Positions 18,379-28,005 of a stretch of 64,000 nt of DNA are shown here, piece by piece. Position numbers and translations under genes: made by a program. Source of the DNA: Bacteriovoracia bacterium (GTDB lineage: Bacteria; Bdellovibrionota; Bacteriovoracia; Bacteriovoracales; Bacteriovoracaceae); NCBI GenBank assembly GCA_046570105.1, contig JBKHVI010000007.1, positions 14,006-78,005 on the forward strand, given 5' to 3'. The notes beneath the pieces are model-generated. The model saw only the letters and a program-made list of their open reading frames with translations. It was not told where the DNA came from and ran no database searches. Within the stretch, counting starts at the first letter, position 1. Every line of letters starts with the position of its first letter.

Positions 18379-20631
18379 TTAGCGCCAGTAATTCATCCCA
18401 GCACCCATGTTATATGACATCGGTGACTGCGCCATCCAGGGTTGCACGCCCATCTGTGCGCCCCAACCTGCTTGAGCCCCCCAGCCAACTTGCGGCTGTT
18501 GACCCCAACCCATTTGTTGTTGCTGACCCCAACCACCTTGCTGTTGTTGGCCCCAAGCATATGGGTTTTGTTGCTGGCCCCACATGTTGTTGGTTGGTTG
18601 TTGGCCCATGGCCCCGTTAAAGTTAAAAGTATAACCCTGGCCACCATTCTGGAATCCATAACCCATCGGCTGTTGCATTTGAGACATGTATGGATTGTAG
18701 TTTTGGAACTGCTGCTGGCCCCATGGTGCACCCACCATCTGGTTTTGGAATTGGCCAGAGTACTGCTGTTGTTGCATTTGTGGATTGTATTGCATACCCG
18801 GCATCTGTTGCTGCTGAGTAGGAAGCTGCTGCTGAGCTTGTGGATTGTTGAATTGAAATTGATACATCGCCTGTTCTTCACCTTCGCGATTTACGCGTGG
18901 GGCTTCAACACTTGGACTGCGAGATGTTTCTTCTTCTGGTTTGGCTTCAGGCTTTTCTTCTTCACCATTTTGAGCAGCAATATAACGTGAACCTTGGCGT
19001 TCCCATTCGCGGTATTGATTTGCTTTCACTTCAAGGTCATTGGCAATTTTTGCATCCGACTCGTTATAGCGCTCAAGCATGGTGCGCAACTCTTGAATAC
19101 GTTGCATTGAATCCTGCACACAGCGTTGAGTGTTGCGGAAGTATTTATAACAATAGCCATTAGGTTGTGTAATACGGCCTACTTCCTCATTAATCTCTAG
19201 CTGGAAATTTCCTGTGCGAATTTGAATATTTTTTCTGTGTTGAGAAGCAAGTCCATAGTAATGCTCTGACTTTCCAAGTACGCGGCCAGTTTGAACATCA
19301 AACTGATCACGACGGCCGACCAAGAGTCGTTGGAAGTCTTGCTTGCCAGCAGAAATACGCTGACGAGCAGTACGAGGATTGATTCGAACCCCATTCTCTT
19401 CTGCACCTAATCGGCCATAGTTCTGAGCCGTGAGATGAATTGTGTTCACCTGTGCGGCTTCATCAAAGAGACCTTTAGCTAGAAGTTTATCAATCTCTTT
19501 GTCAGAGACATAAGGTGAAGACTTATACGAAGCCAATTGCTTCATCAGATCTTTGAGCTCTTCTTCTTTAAGGCGGCGTTCTTGTCCGTTAGGTAAACCG
19601 CCAATTTTTTCATAAAGGTCAGAGATACGAGTCGTCAGAGGATCAACGATATATCGCTGAAAGTCTGCTACTACTGAATAGTCGAGCGTCTCTAGTTTTT
19701 CGCCTTTGCGAATTTTTTCGGCAATATCTTTATAATCTTTGATAATCAACTCATCACGAATAGCACCAAGTGTTGCAGAGTACTGGCCGTAACGCTCTAA
19801 GAAGTCCGCGATATGGCGATAGTTGCCACTGTCACAAATAAGTTGGGCCTGCTCATCTAAGCGCATTCTTTCTGCATCTTCACTTGAATAAACGGCATAT
19901 CCACCTTGGCGAATATCTTCCATATAGTAACAATCTTTTTCGGATTGTTTTTTATAAAGAGCACTGGCCATTGGAAGATGTGAGCCGAACCAAACGTTGC
20001 CCGTGCTTTCAACACCATCAAATGAAAAATCTAAATCACGAATGACCATTTTAGAGGCCTGGATCGCTCCCTTGTCATCTACTACACCAGTTTCTTTTAA
20101 ACATTGCTGAAAGCCAGCAAAGTCGGGCTTCACTTTTATCGATTTCTCAACCTGCTCTTTAGCATCATTCACTTCCATGACTTTATAGTCACAAGTTTCT
20201 GCGCCACAGGTTTTAATCTTCAATTCAACAACGTAGTTTGGAAAATCTGTTGTAGGAGTTCTTAGTCCCCACTCAAGCATGCCATTACAGTTAGAAAGGA
20301 AATCACCGCCACGCACGTTAAGCCGGCTTTGAGCTGTGTCATGAGACAATTGAAGTGATGCGCCCTTGGTTCGCAACATCGCTGCAACATATTTAAGCGG
20401 CAATGTGGTTTGACCTGAGCTCGGACAGTTCAGCGAAGATGCACTCGAGGTCACACTCGGAACTACTGGTGTCGTTGCTTGTGTCGGTGTTCCCTGCCCC
20501 CCACTACTACTGTTGACTCTGGAGCCAGCAGCATCTGTTTGAGAAGAGAGAAGTCCTTGTAGTAAATCGTTGGCGTGCACAGGCGCAGCAAGTGCAAGAG
20601 CAACAACAAGGGAACATAATGAATATTTCAT
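18379..20631 (-). CDS. Secreted Cys-containing coiled-coil protein with Q/G/W/Y/N/M-rich low-complexity C-terminus
   Basis: Signal peptide (...APVHA|ND), about 9 Cys in the mature protein, tail with seven WG(Q/A)Q motifs. Confidence 0.8.
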   Translation of the reverse strand: MKYSLCSLVVALALAAPVHANDLLQGLLSSQTDAAGSRVNSSSGGQGTPTQATTPVVPSVTSSASSLNCPSSGQTTLPLKYVAAMLRTKGASLQLSHDTAQSRLNVRGGDFLSNCNGMLEWGLRTPTTDFPNYVVELKIKTCGAETCDYKVMEVNDAKEQVEKSIKVKPDFAGFQQCLKETGVVDDKGAIQASKMVIRDLDFSFDGVESTGNVWFGSHLPMASALYKKQSEKDCYYMEDIRQGGYAVYSSEDAERMRLDEQAQLICDSGNYRHIADFLERYGQYSATLGAIRDELIIKDYKDIAEKIRKGEKLETLDYSVVADFQRYIVDPLTTRISDLYEKIGGLPNGQERRLKEEELKDLMKQLASYKSSPYVSDKEIDKLLAKGLFDEAAQVNTIHLTAQNYGRLGAEENGVRINPRTARQRISAGKQDFQRLLVGRRDQFDVQTGRVLGKSEHYYGLASQHRKNIQIRTGNFQLEINEEVGRITQPNGYCYKYFRNTQRCVQDSMQRIQELRTMLERYNESDAKIANDLEVKANQYREWERQGSRYIAAQNGEEEKPEAKPEEETSRSPSVEAPRVNREGEEQAMYQFQFNNPQAQQQLPTQQQQMPGMQYNPQMQQQQYSGQFQNQMVGAPWGQQQFQNYNPYMSQMQQPMGYGFQNGGQGYTFNFNGAMGQQPTNNMWGQQQNPYAWGQQQQGGWGQQQQMGWGQQPQVGWGAQAGWGAQMGVQPWMAQSPMSYNMGAGMNYWR

Positions 20632-20670
20632 AAGCAAACCTCTGGTCAGACCTTAAGTCATCTCGTTGCC

Positions 20671-20698
20671 TATTCGGTTGAAATTGGGGTTATCTTGA
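20671..20698 (-). promoter_or_regulatory. Candidate sigma28 (FliA) promoter
   Basis: Minus strand TCAAG-N15-ACCGAATA, about 40 nt upstream of ATG 20631. Confidence 0.5.
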
Positions 20699-20705
20699 GA
20701 AAAAC

Positions 20706-22703
20706 TCAGGAAAGATGTTGAGGATCGACGTCAACTTTGAGTGAAACACCTGAAATTGCTGACCAATTTAGTTGAAAAGACTTCAACATATTATGTAACT
20801 GATTGATGTCCTGAGACTTTAATAACACTGTCCAGGTAAACTGATTGGCCCTCTTTTCAATAAGCGCGGGTCTCGGCCCCAGAATTTGAACTTTCGAAAA
20901 ATGCTGCTGCCAAAGTCCACGCAACATTGGTTCCACTGTTTCAGACATATGAACAATCAATTTGGATTGATCACGACCACTAAAATAAAGGGCCGCCAAC
21001 CGAAAGTGCGGAGGGCACTCGCACATTTTGCGTATGTTACTTTCAGGTTGATAGAACCCATCAAAAGATTGCGCTTGAATCAGCTCAAAAAGCGATGATT
21101 CTGGATTGGCTGTCTGAATATAAACTTTCCCATCATGTGAATAACGGCCCGCTCGACCAGCAACCTGTACAACTGTCTGCCAAATTTTTTCACTCGCTCT
21201 AAAATCCGGCATATTGAGCTGATTATCCACTCCAAGAATAATAACTTTTTTGACCCGTTTAAAGTTATGTCCTTTTGATAGCATCTGAGTCCCAACAAGA
21301 ATATCGATGTCGCCTGAGTGAAAACGCGACAACTTGTCCTGCAATTCTTTAAACGTTTTAATTTCGTCACGATCAAATCTTTCAATTTTTGCTTCTGGCA
21401 AAACTCTTTTTAATTCTTCTTGAACTCGTTCAGTACCAAATCCTTTTTGTAACAATGTGAGATTTCCACACTTTGGGCAACCTTGGGGCATAGGTTCATG
21501 ATAATCACAATGCTGACAACTCAAGATGTTTTTTTGTTTAAAAAATCTCATGGTTACTGAACAGTTTTTACAATGAAATTGATGGCCACAAGCACGACAC
21601 TGCACATAGTTGGCAAACCCTAAGCGATTGATAAAAACCAGGGCCTGCTCATTATTTTTTAAGGCCTCTTTAAGGGCCTTAATTGAATCCTCATGCAACG
21701 GCCAAGTGTTTTCTGCTGGGTCTACGTTTTTATTTTTTATTTTTGTATCGATGAGCACAATCTCAGGCAGCGAGGCATCGGTCACACGTTCGCGTAATGG
21801 ATAATAAAACGTCAAAGGAATGCCAGATGTAAAATGCTGCCAGATTTCCAGTGCAGGTGTTGCTGAACCAAGCACCACAGGACAATTTGAAATCTGGGCC
21901 TTCTTGATTGCAACATCACGAGCGTTGTAAGAACAGCGATCATCTTGCTTAAACGATCCATCATGTTCTTCATCAACAACGATGAGTCCCAACTTTTGGA
22001 TCGGAAGAAAAACAGCACTGCGGACACCAATATACAAACATGGTGTTTTCGCCTCAGAGGCTTCTTTCCAAATAAGAAATTTTTCTGAAGCAGTAACTTC
22101 ACTGTGAAACGTATAAACCGGAACATTCACATGCTGACTAAAAGTTTCGACAAATTGCGGTGTAAGATTAATTTCCGGCAAAAGGTAGAGTGCACTCTTG
22201 TCTCCCTCAAGCACTGAACGAATGAGTTCAAGAAAAATGAGAGTTTTACCCGAACCCGTTACCCCGTGGATGAGATGTTTTGAAAAACTATTTCCATGAG
22301 ACTTTATAGAATCAATAACCGAATTTTGCGCTGTCGTTGGAGAAAATCCTGGATCAATTCCCGCACCTTGAATTGGCTTTAAAGGACGAGGTCTTTTTTT
22401 AGTTGCCGGCAAACTGTCTGCAATTAATTGGCCCAAGCCGTAATGATAGTAATCTGACATCCACTGAAAAAGCTTGAGATCATCTGTCGAAAGCTGGGGA
22501 TAGTCATCTCGCTTGGTCTGTACATCTTTAGCGACAACACCCTCAGGAGCTGCGACATCAACCTCTAGCACGCAACCAATTTCTTTTCTTCTTCCCAATG
22601 GAACATCGACCATATCGCCAATATGGAGTTCCATCCCGGCCGGCACCTGATAGGTCAAGCCTTGATTCTTAACTGGATAATTAACAGCAACTCGACAATA
22701 CAT
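20706..22703 (-). CDS. priA: Primosomal protein N' (replication restart helicase)
   Basis: GVTGSGKT, DEEHD, GSATP, four CxxC, GTQMLSKG, QVAGRAGR, DVDP. Confidence 0.96.
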   Translation of the reverse strand: MYCRVAVNYPVKNQGLTYQVPAGMELHIGDMVDVPLGRRKEIGCVLEVDVAAPEGVVAKDVQTKRDDYPQLSTDDLKLFQWMSDYYHYGLGQLIADSLPATKKRPRPLKPIQGAGIDPGFSPTTAQNSVIDSIKSHGNSFSKHLIHGVTGSGKTLIFLELIRSVLEGDKSALYLLPEINLTPQFVETFSQHVNVPVYTFHSEVTASEKFLIWKEASEAKTPCLYIGVRSAVFLPIQKLGLIVVDEEHDGSFKQDDRCSYNARDVAIKKAQISNCPVVLGSATPALEIWQHFTSGIPLTFYYPLRERVTDASLPEIVLIDTKIKNKNVDPAENTWPLHEDSIKALKEALKNNEQALVFINRLGFANYVQCRACGHQFHCKNCSVTMRFFKQKNILSCQHCDYHEPMPQGCPKCGNLTLLQKGFGTERVQEELKRVLPEAKIERFDRDEIKTFKELQDKLSRFHSGDIDILVGTQMLSKGHNFKRVKKVIILGVDNQLNMPDFRASEKIWQTVVQVAGRAGRYSHDGKVYIQTANPESSLFELIQAQSFDGFYQPESNIRKMCECPPHFRLAALYFSGRDQSKLIVHMSETVEPMLRGLWQQHFSKVQILGPRPALIEKRANQFTWTVLLKSQDINQLHNMLKSFQLNWSAISGVSLKVDVDPQHLS

Positions 22704-23668
22704 CAGAGCATAAATGCTGGGCGGGCCATCACTTCCTGTTTCTGCTGTAGGATTTGATCATAACGACGAAGGCGTGCAACGAGATCATTCATTGTCTCAT
22801 TGAATTGCTTAACACCTAAAATTTCTACCTGCCAATATTGATCCTGCTGACCTTTCACAAGTATGTTTCGAGGCATGGCATTTGTTCCACTGAAGAAGAT
22901 AAAGTCCCGTAACTGAATATCTGTTTCAGAAGCACCATTCTTAAGTGTCAGTTGGCGCAACTCTCTTTTTTCATCATTCACCCATGCTTCAAATCCATCG
23001 GCCTTAACTTGCCAAGCTGGCTCACCTTGATGACGTGCCAATGTTACTTGTTTCGTATCTAGATACATTGAAGATGCCATGACTGCATCAACCCTTTCCT
23101 TCTCTGTGACACTATTCGGAGCAATCGGCGATTCATCAACCGCCCCACGACCACCTTTATTTTTTATCAACCATGCACGGTATCTTTGCATGAGATTTTT
23201 CTTATCATTATTGATTAACTCCTGATTAAGCTTCACATCGATACCCCTGGTGCGCAAAAACTCCACCATGAACGATCCATCGTTAATCAAAAGAGAGTTC
23301 AACATTGAGATAAAAAGGCCCTTCTCGGTATTAAGAGCTGAAGAACCAAAGTACTGCGGAGTCAGATCAGCTATATATGTTTTGTTAACAAGCGAGGCTT
23401 CAGTCATCGAGGGGGCACGATAGATGAGCTGAGTAAGCTTTAGTTTGTTCTGTGGGGTTATATTATAGACCCACTTAACCCAGAAACTTTCAGCTTTTTC
23501 ATCTACTAACCTTTCATCATACGGATTATACAGAGACACTTTGCCAGATAATAAAATGGCGTTAGCTGTTACATCAGGATTTCCACCATGGCGAAAAAGT
23601 GATTCAACTGTGGGGACATAAGCAAACGCAGGAAAACTTAAAACCAATAGAAGAATAAGTTTTTTCAC
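22703..23668 (-). CDS. Exported hypothetical protein
   Basis: Signal peptide MKKLILLLVLSFPAFA; overlaps both galU and priA. Confidence 0.75.
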   Translation of the reverse strand: MKKLILLLVLSFPAFAYVPTVESLFRHGGNPDVTANAILLSGKVSLYNPYDERLVDEKAESFWVKWVYNITPQNKLKLTQLIYRAPSMTEASLVNKTYIADLTPQYFGSSALNTEKGLFISMLNSLLINDGSFMVEFLRTRGIDVKLNQELINNDKKNLMQRYRAWLIKNKGGRGAVDESPIAPNSVTEKERVDAVMASSMYLDTKQVTLARHQGEPAWQVKADGFEAWVNDEKRELRQLTLKNGASETDIQLRDFIFFSGTNAMPRNILVKGQQDQYWQVEILGVKQFNETMNDLVARLRRYDQILQQKQEVMARPAFML

Positions 23669-24555
23669 AATTTAACTCCATGTCTTTTGAGGCGATCCTG
23701 AATGATGGTTTTAAAAGAATCCTTGAGTGCCGGATCTCTAAGTGCAAAATCTACAGTGGCCTCTAGATAACCCAACAGATGACCCGTATCAAATCTCTCA
23801 CCTTCAAACATATGTGCATAGACTTCACGCCGTGAACACAAAACATTTATCGCGTCTGTTAATTGATATTCGTTACCGGCTCCGCGAGGAATCTCTTTTA
23901 AAATGGCAAAGATATCTGACGATAAAATATAGCGTCCAGGAGTGGCCAATCTTGATGGTGCAACCTCTGGCTTAGGCTTTTCAACCATCCCCTGCATACG
24001 CAATGTGCGCGGATCACCCGAAACCTCGGTGCCTTTTATAATTCCGTAGCGGCTGGTTTGCTCAATGGGTACTTCCATTGCTCCAATAACAGGCGAATCT
24101 CCATATTTTTTAGCAGCATTGAGTAGCTGACGTGTACAAGGGATGTCGCTCACAACAATATCGTCACCCAACAAAACCGCGAACGTTTCTTTGCCCACAA
24201 GTTCCTCGGCCATCAAAACAGCGTGACCTAAACCGAGTTGCTCTTTCTGGCGCACACTGGTCACATCTACCATCGTGCCAATTTTTCGGATCATTTCTAA
24301 TTCTGCATGCTTTCCGGTTTTTTCCAAAAAAGCTTCTAACTCTTGGTTGCGATCAAAGTAATCCTCAACTGCGAATTTTCCCGCAGAGGTAACAAATATA
24401 ATTTGTTCGATGCCAGACTCTACCGCCTCAACTACAATGTGATGAATCATTGGGATGTTGAGAATTGGAATGATTTCTTTCGCAATTTGTTTAGTTGCAG
24501 GCAGGAATCTTGTCCCTTTTCCAGCTATTGGAATGACTGCTTTCTTGATTTTCAT
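23665..24555 (-). CDS. galU: UTP--glucose-1-phosphate uridylyltransferase
   Basis: KAVIPIAGKGTRFLPATK, LGLGHAV, VEKP, EYQLTDAI. Confidence 0.95.
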   Translation of the reverse strand: MKIKKAVIPIAGKGTRFLPATKQIAKEIIPILNIPMIHHIVVEAVESGIEQIIFVTSAGKFAVEDYFDRNQELEAFLEKTGKHAELEMIRKIGTMVDVTSVRQKEQLGLGHAVLMAEELVGKETFAVLLGDDIVVSDIPCTRQLLNAAKKYGDSPVIGAMEVPIEQTSRYGIIKGTEVSGDPRTLRMQGMVEKPKPEVAPSRLATPGRYILSSDIFAILKEIPRGAGNEYQLTDAINVLCSRREVYAHMFEGERFDTGHLLGYLEATVDFALRDPALKDSFKTIIQDRLKRHGVKL

Positions 24556-24629
24556 GAAAGTCCTTGAGTTCTGCTCTCATATTGGTTTAGCTTGAAAGTG
24601 AGCATAGCATAATATCATAGGTTTCCATC

Positions 24630-25523
24630 ATGCGACTCATCTTAGTTTTTTGTCTCTTACTCTCTCTCGACGCTGCGGCTCAAATTAGGCCGTTTCAAAC
24701 AACACGTCTCGTCTCCACGAGTGGTGCTGGTGTTGCATCACTGCTTGTTTCAGAAACAGCTATTCTTAACCCAGCTTCTTTAGCTTTTTTCTCAGACACT
24801 TTTGTTTCTTATCAAAACACGAACTCAGATCTTAAAAGTAAGAATGACCAACGCGACACGGACGGACGCACTTTTTCTAAAAGCAACCGTCAGGAAGGTT
24901 ATTTTCTTTTTGATAATGCTTCTACCATTAAGGGTGGCTTCAGTTATCAATACCAAAAAGAAAATGGATTTCAGCGCAAACGCGGAACAGCCACCCTGGC
25001 CTCTAATTTAGGGGAGAGCATGGCTTTTGGTGTTATCTATAAATATACCGAAGATACCCGACCAGAAGAGTACAACTATCGTCACCGCGTTTCTCACCCA
25101 GTAACTCTTGGCTTAACTTGGGTCTATATTCCTTCATTAATTTTTGGAGCAACTTGGGATGACCCAGGACGTGCAACCCCCGGTGAATCACGTGCAACGG
25201 TGGGGGCCCAGTATAACTTGACCGAAAGACTTATGATTATTTTTGATGCTGGTGGCGATCCTACAATTGATTTTTCTGACTCAAGAATTTGGCGTGGAGC
25301 TGCACAATATAACCCATTTGCAGATCTTTTTATTCGGGCAGGACGCTATCAAGATCGTGCCTTGAACTTAGAAGGTGAATCTTGGGGAGTAAGTTGGACA
25401 GGTCCAAAATTAGGCGTCGATTTTGCTATGAGAAATTCCCGGCAAATTGAAGACAAACTTGGTTTTCTCTATCGCAGAGAAAAAATTTCCGACGTTTCAT
25501 TCGCTTTTAATTTGAGATTCTAA
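24630..25523 (+). CDS. Outer-membrane beta-barrel (FadL/PorV-like N-terminus)
   Basis: Signal peptide, GAGVA...AILNPASLA hatch-like motif, terminal FAFNLRF. Confidence 0.65.
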   Translation: MRLILVFCLLLSLDAAAQIRPFQTTRLVSTSGAGVASLLVSETAILNPASLAFFSDTFVSYQNTNSDLKSKNDQRDTDGRTFSKSNRQEGYFLFDNASTIKGGFSYQYQKENGFQRKRGTATLASNLGESMAFGVIYKYTEDTRPEEYNYRHRVSHPVTLGLTWVYIPSLIFGATWDDPGRATPGESRATVGAQYNLTERLMIIFDAGGDPTIDFSDSRIWRGAAQYNPFADLFIRAGRYQDRALNLEGESWGVSWTGPKLGVDFAMRNSRQIEDKLGFLYRREKISDVSFAFNLRF

Positions 25524-25563
25524 ATATTTAGGCCACCACCTCACTCGTTCGATAAGCCTTTAT

Positions 25564-26292
25564 ATGGCAACCGGTGGTCAGTATAAAAAGCAAGTCAAAG
25601 ACGCGCTCAAAGAACGTGAGCACAAACTTATGCTCAAGCATAAGTACGATACACGCATCACCAATGTCAGGCAGGGAAAAGAAGCATTTGCGAAAGGTGA
25701 TTTTGTTACAGCAATTCGTCGCTATACTGAATACCTAGAAACTGTTGCGGAAGTGAATCGCATTCCTAATATCTATGAAATTAGGCCCGCGCACTTTGAT
25801 AAAAATAAAGACATTACTGAAATGCTGATGATCAGCCATCTCTACTTTGAGTTAGCCAAGGTTTACGATGCTACCGGTAAATTTGATGATGATGTAAAAA
25901 AATCACTCGAACAGTTTGTGCTTTTTACGGCGAATCAACCTTATCAAGTGGTAAATTCTGAAATGTGTCGGAAGCATTTGAAAAAGTTCAGATTTCGACA
26001 ACATCAAGTTTTCTTTGATGCCTATCAACAGATCTTTGTTAAATCTCGTAAGTGTTTTATCGCGACTCATTGTTTTGGTGAGGAGCATTCGACGACGCAA
26101 AACCTACGATTGTTTAAAATCTGGCTACAGGCACAACCTGGTGGCATCTCTCTTATAGATCTTTACTACCGTCTATCAACCCGCTGGCTCAGGATTATTG
26201 AACGCCATCCAGGATTAGATCGCTTTAGTACACCTTTGTTTCGTTGTTTTTTAAGTTGGTTCTCAAGCGGCCCGCTCAAACGTATACTTTGA
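25564..26292 (+). CDS. TPR-like protein with C-terminal CFI-box-CTERM domain
   Basis: KCFIATHCFG......LRLFK..L.....G..LI.LYYRLS; helical N-terminal region. Confidence 0.75.
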   Translation: MATGGQYKKQVKDALKEREHKLMLKHKYDTRITNVRQGKEAFAKGDFVTAIRRYTEYLETVAEVNRIPNIYEIRPAHFDKNKDITEMLMISHLYFELAKVYDATGKFDDDVKKSLEQFVLFTANQPYQVVNSEMCRKHLKKFRFRQHQVFFDAYQQIFVKSRKCFIATHCFGEEHSTTQNLRLFKIWLQAQPGGISLIDLYYRLSTRWLRIIERHPGLDRFSTPLFRCFLSWFSSGPLKRIL

Positions 26293-26294
26293 TC

Positions 26295-27389
26295 ATGAGT
26301 CTACTCACTCGTTTATTTGTTGGCGGATGGTTTAAGTCACTATTAGGTGCACTAATCGCACTTTTAATGCTTATTACCAGTGCCGATATCATTAATGGTT
26401 TTTTACGTGGCAAAGACAGCGAACGAGTTTTACTTGAATGGCTTTTAAAAATGCCAGACCTCGCCGGAAAAATGCTTCCCGTAACTTGTCTAATCGCAAC
26501 TCTCTTCACATTTAATAAACTTAAATCTCATAACGAACTCATTGCGGGACTTGCCGCCGGTTTTTCGCATCTTAGAATAACTATAATTATCGGTGTCTGT
26601 TCACTCGCTGTGGTCGGCACTCAATTTTTTAATCTTGGTTTCATTGAGCCTTTTGCTAATAAAATTAAACGACAAGAAATAGAAAGAAGCCGCGAGTATG
26701 AGGGAAAATATCTCACTCGCAGTATGGCCGACGGTGGGCAGTTTTGGTTTAAATCCAAAGATTATTTCGCCACTTTTTTACAGTTTGATAAAAAGAAAAA
26801 AACCTTATCGAATATTCGATTTTATTACCATACTGCTGAGGGCATCACGACTCGTGTGTTGACGGCTGACAAGGCCACCTATCTGCAAGGTAATCTGTGG
26901 AGCCTAGAAAATGCACACACACTAGAAGATTTAACGGGAAGCCGGTTTCCGCGCCAAAGTGTCTTACCCAAACAAGAATTGGCCCTCAATGAAACACCTG
27001 AAGACTTTGGGGAATTTGAAGCTGATTTAACAACATTGAATTGGTTCAGCTTGAATGAGTTTGTGAATAAAATTGCTGAAACCGGTATCAATACCAACGA
27101 ATATAAAATTATTTTGCATCAAAAACTTGCTCTCTCACTCGCCTGCTTAGTTTTTGCGCTTATCCCCATTGGCGCCATGTATAAACCCAGCCGTCGGTCT
27201 GACTCATTTGGCAAAAACGTCGCCATCACCCTCGTTTTGACCGTTGTTTTTTGGGTGAGTTTTTCGGCTTCCTTATCATACGGCCAAAGTGGCAAAATTC
27301 CGTCTTGGCTTGCTGCTTATATGGTACCCGGATCCTTCCTCGCTTATTCGATTTGGACATACATTCGTAATCGGAAACTCGCGTTTTAA
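26295..27389 (+). CDS. LptF/LptG family LPS export permease
   Basis: 3+3 TM layout, LP...LIATL...KLKSHNELIA..AAGFS, periplasmic jellyroll region. Confidence 0.85.
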   Translation: MSLLTRLFVGGWFKSLLGALIALLMLITSADIINGFLRGKDSERVLLEWLLKMPDLAGKMLPVTCLIATLFTFNKLKSHNELIAGLAAGFSHLRITIIIGVCSLAVVGTQFFNLGFIEPFANKIKRQEIERSREYEGKYLTRSMADGGQFWFKSKDYFATFLQFDKKKKTLSNIRFYYHTAEGITTRVLTADKATYLQGNLWSLENAHTLEDLTGSRFPRQSVLPKQELALNETPEDFGEFEADLTTLNWFSLNEFVNKIAETGINTNEYKIILHQKLALSLACLVFALIPIGAMYKPSRRSDSFGKNVAITLVLTVVFWVSFSASLSYGQSGKIPSWLAAYMVPGSFLAYSIWTYIRNRKLAF

Positions 27390-27417
27390 TCCCTCTCTGA
27401 ACATGCTATAAAAAAGC

Positions 27418-27993
27418 ATGATTTTGGAAAATTATCGCCTAGAGGGAGAACTGCTCCCCATCTATACCTATCCAGAGCCAATTTTGGCGCAGGTGGCCAA
27501 GCCTGTGACGAAATTTGATAAAGAGTTAGCAACTCTTGTTCAGAATATGCTCTACACCATGTACCACGCGCCAGGCATTGGTCTGGCCGCCCCTCAAGTT
27601 GGAATATCAATTCGTATGTTTGTCGTTGATATCGACTTCGAGCGCGAAGAAGTAACCCGGGCCGACGGCAAAGAAGAGATGGAGTTTACCAATCTCAATC
27701 CGATGGTTTTCATCAATCCCGTATTCACAAAAAAAACGGGAGAGACTATCGGCAAAGAAGGTTGCTTGAGTGTTCCTGATGTTTATGAAGAAATCACGAG
27801 AGCTGAACAAATTGTTGTTGAATACCAAGACCTCAAAGGTGAAAAGCGAACGCTTGAAGCAGACGATCTCCTCGCCGTTTGCTTGCAACACGAAAATGAT
27901 CATCTCGACGGCGTCGTTCTTATTGATCGCCTTAGTCCTTTGAAGAAAAAGTTTTTTAAAACAAAACTCTTAAAAGATAAAAAACGCCTTTAG
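27418..27993 (+). CDS. def: Peptide deformylase
   Basis: GIGLAAPQVG, EGCLS, QHENDHLDG. Confidence 0.97.
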   Translation: MILENYRLEGELLPIYTYPEPILAQVAKPVTKFDKELATLVQNMLYTMYHAPGIGLAAPQVGISIRMFVVDIDFEREEVTRADGKEEMEFTNLNPMVFINPVFTKKTGETIGKEGCLSVPDVYEEITRAEQIVVEYQDLKGEKRTLEADDLLAVCLQHENDHLDGVVLIDRLSPLKKKFFKTKLLKDKKRL

Positions 27994-28005
27994 CGAAGGA
28001 TGTGC

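Noticed and set aside
18393..18990. Repetitive DNA and overlapping alternative-frame ORFs (possible CRISPR or tandem array)
   Set aside because: Degenerate codon-level repeats of the WGQQ tail; no constant repeat-spacer structure and no cas genes.
25525..25560. Sigma28-like TTAGG-N15-TTCGATAA upstream of the CFI-box gene
   Set aside because: Both elements are too degenerate to call.
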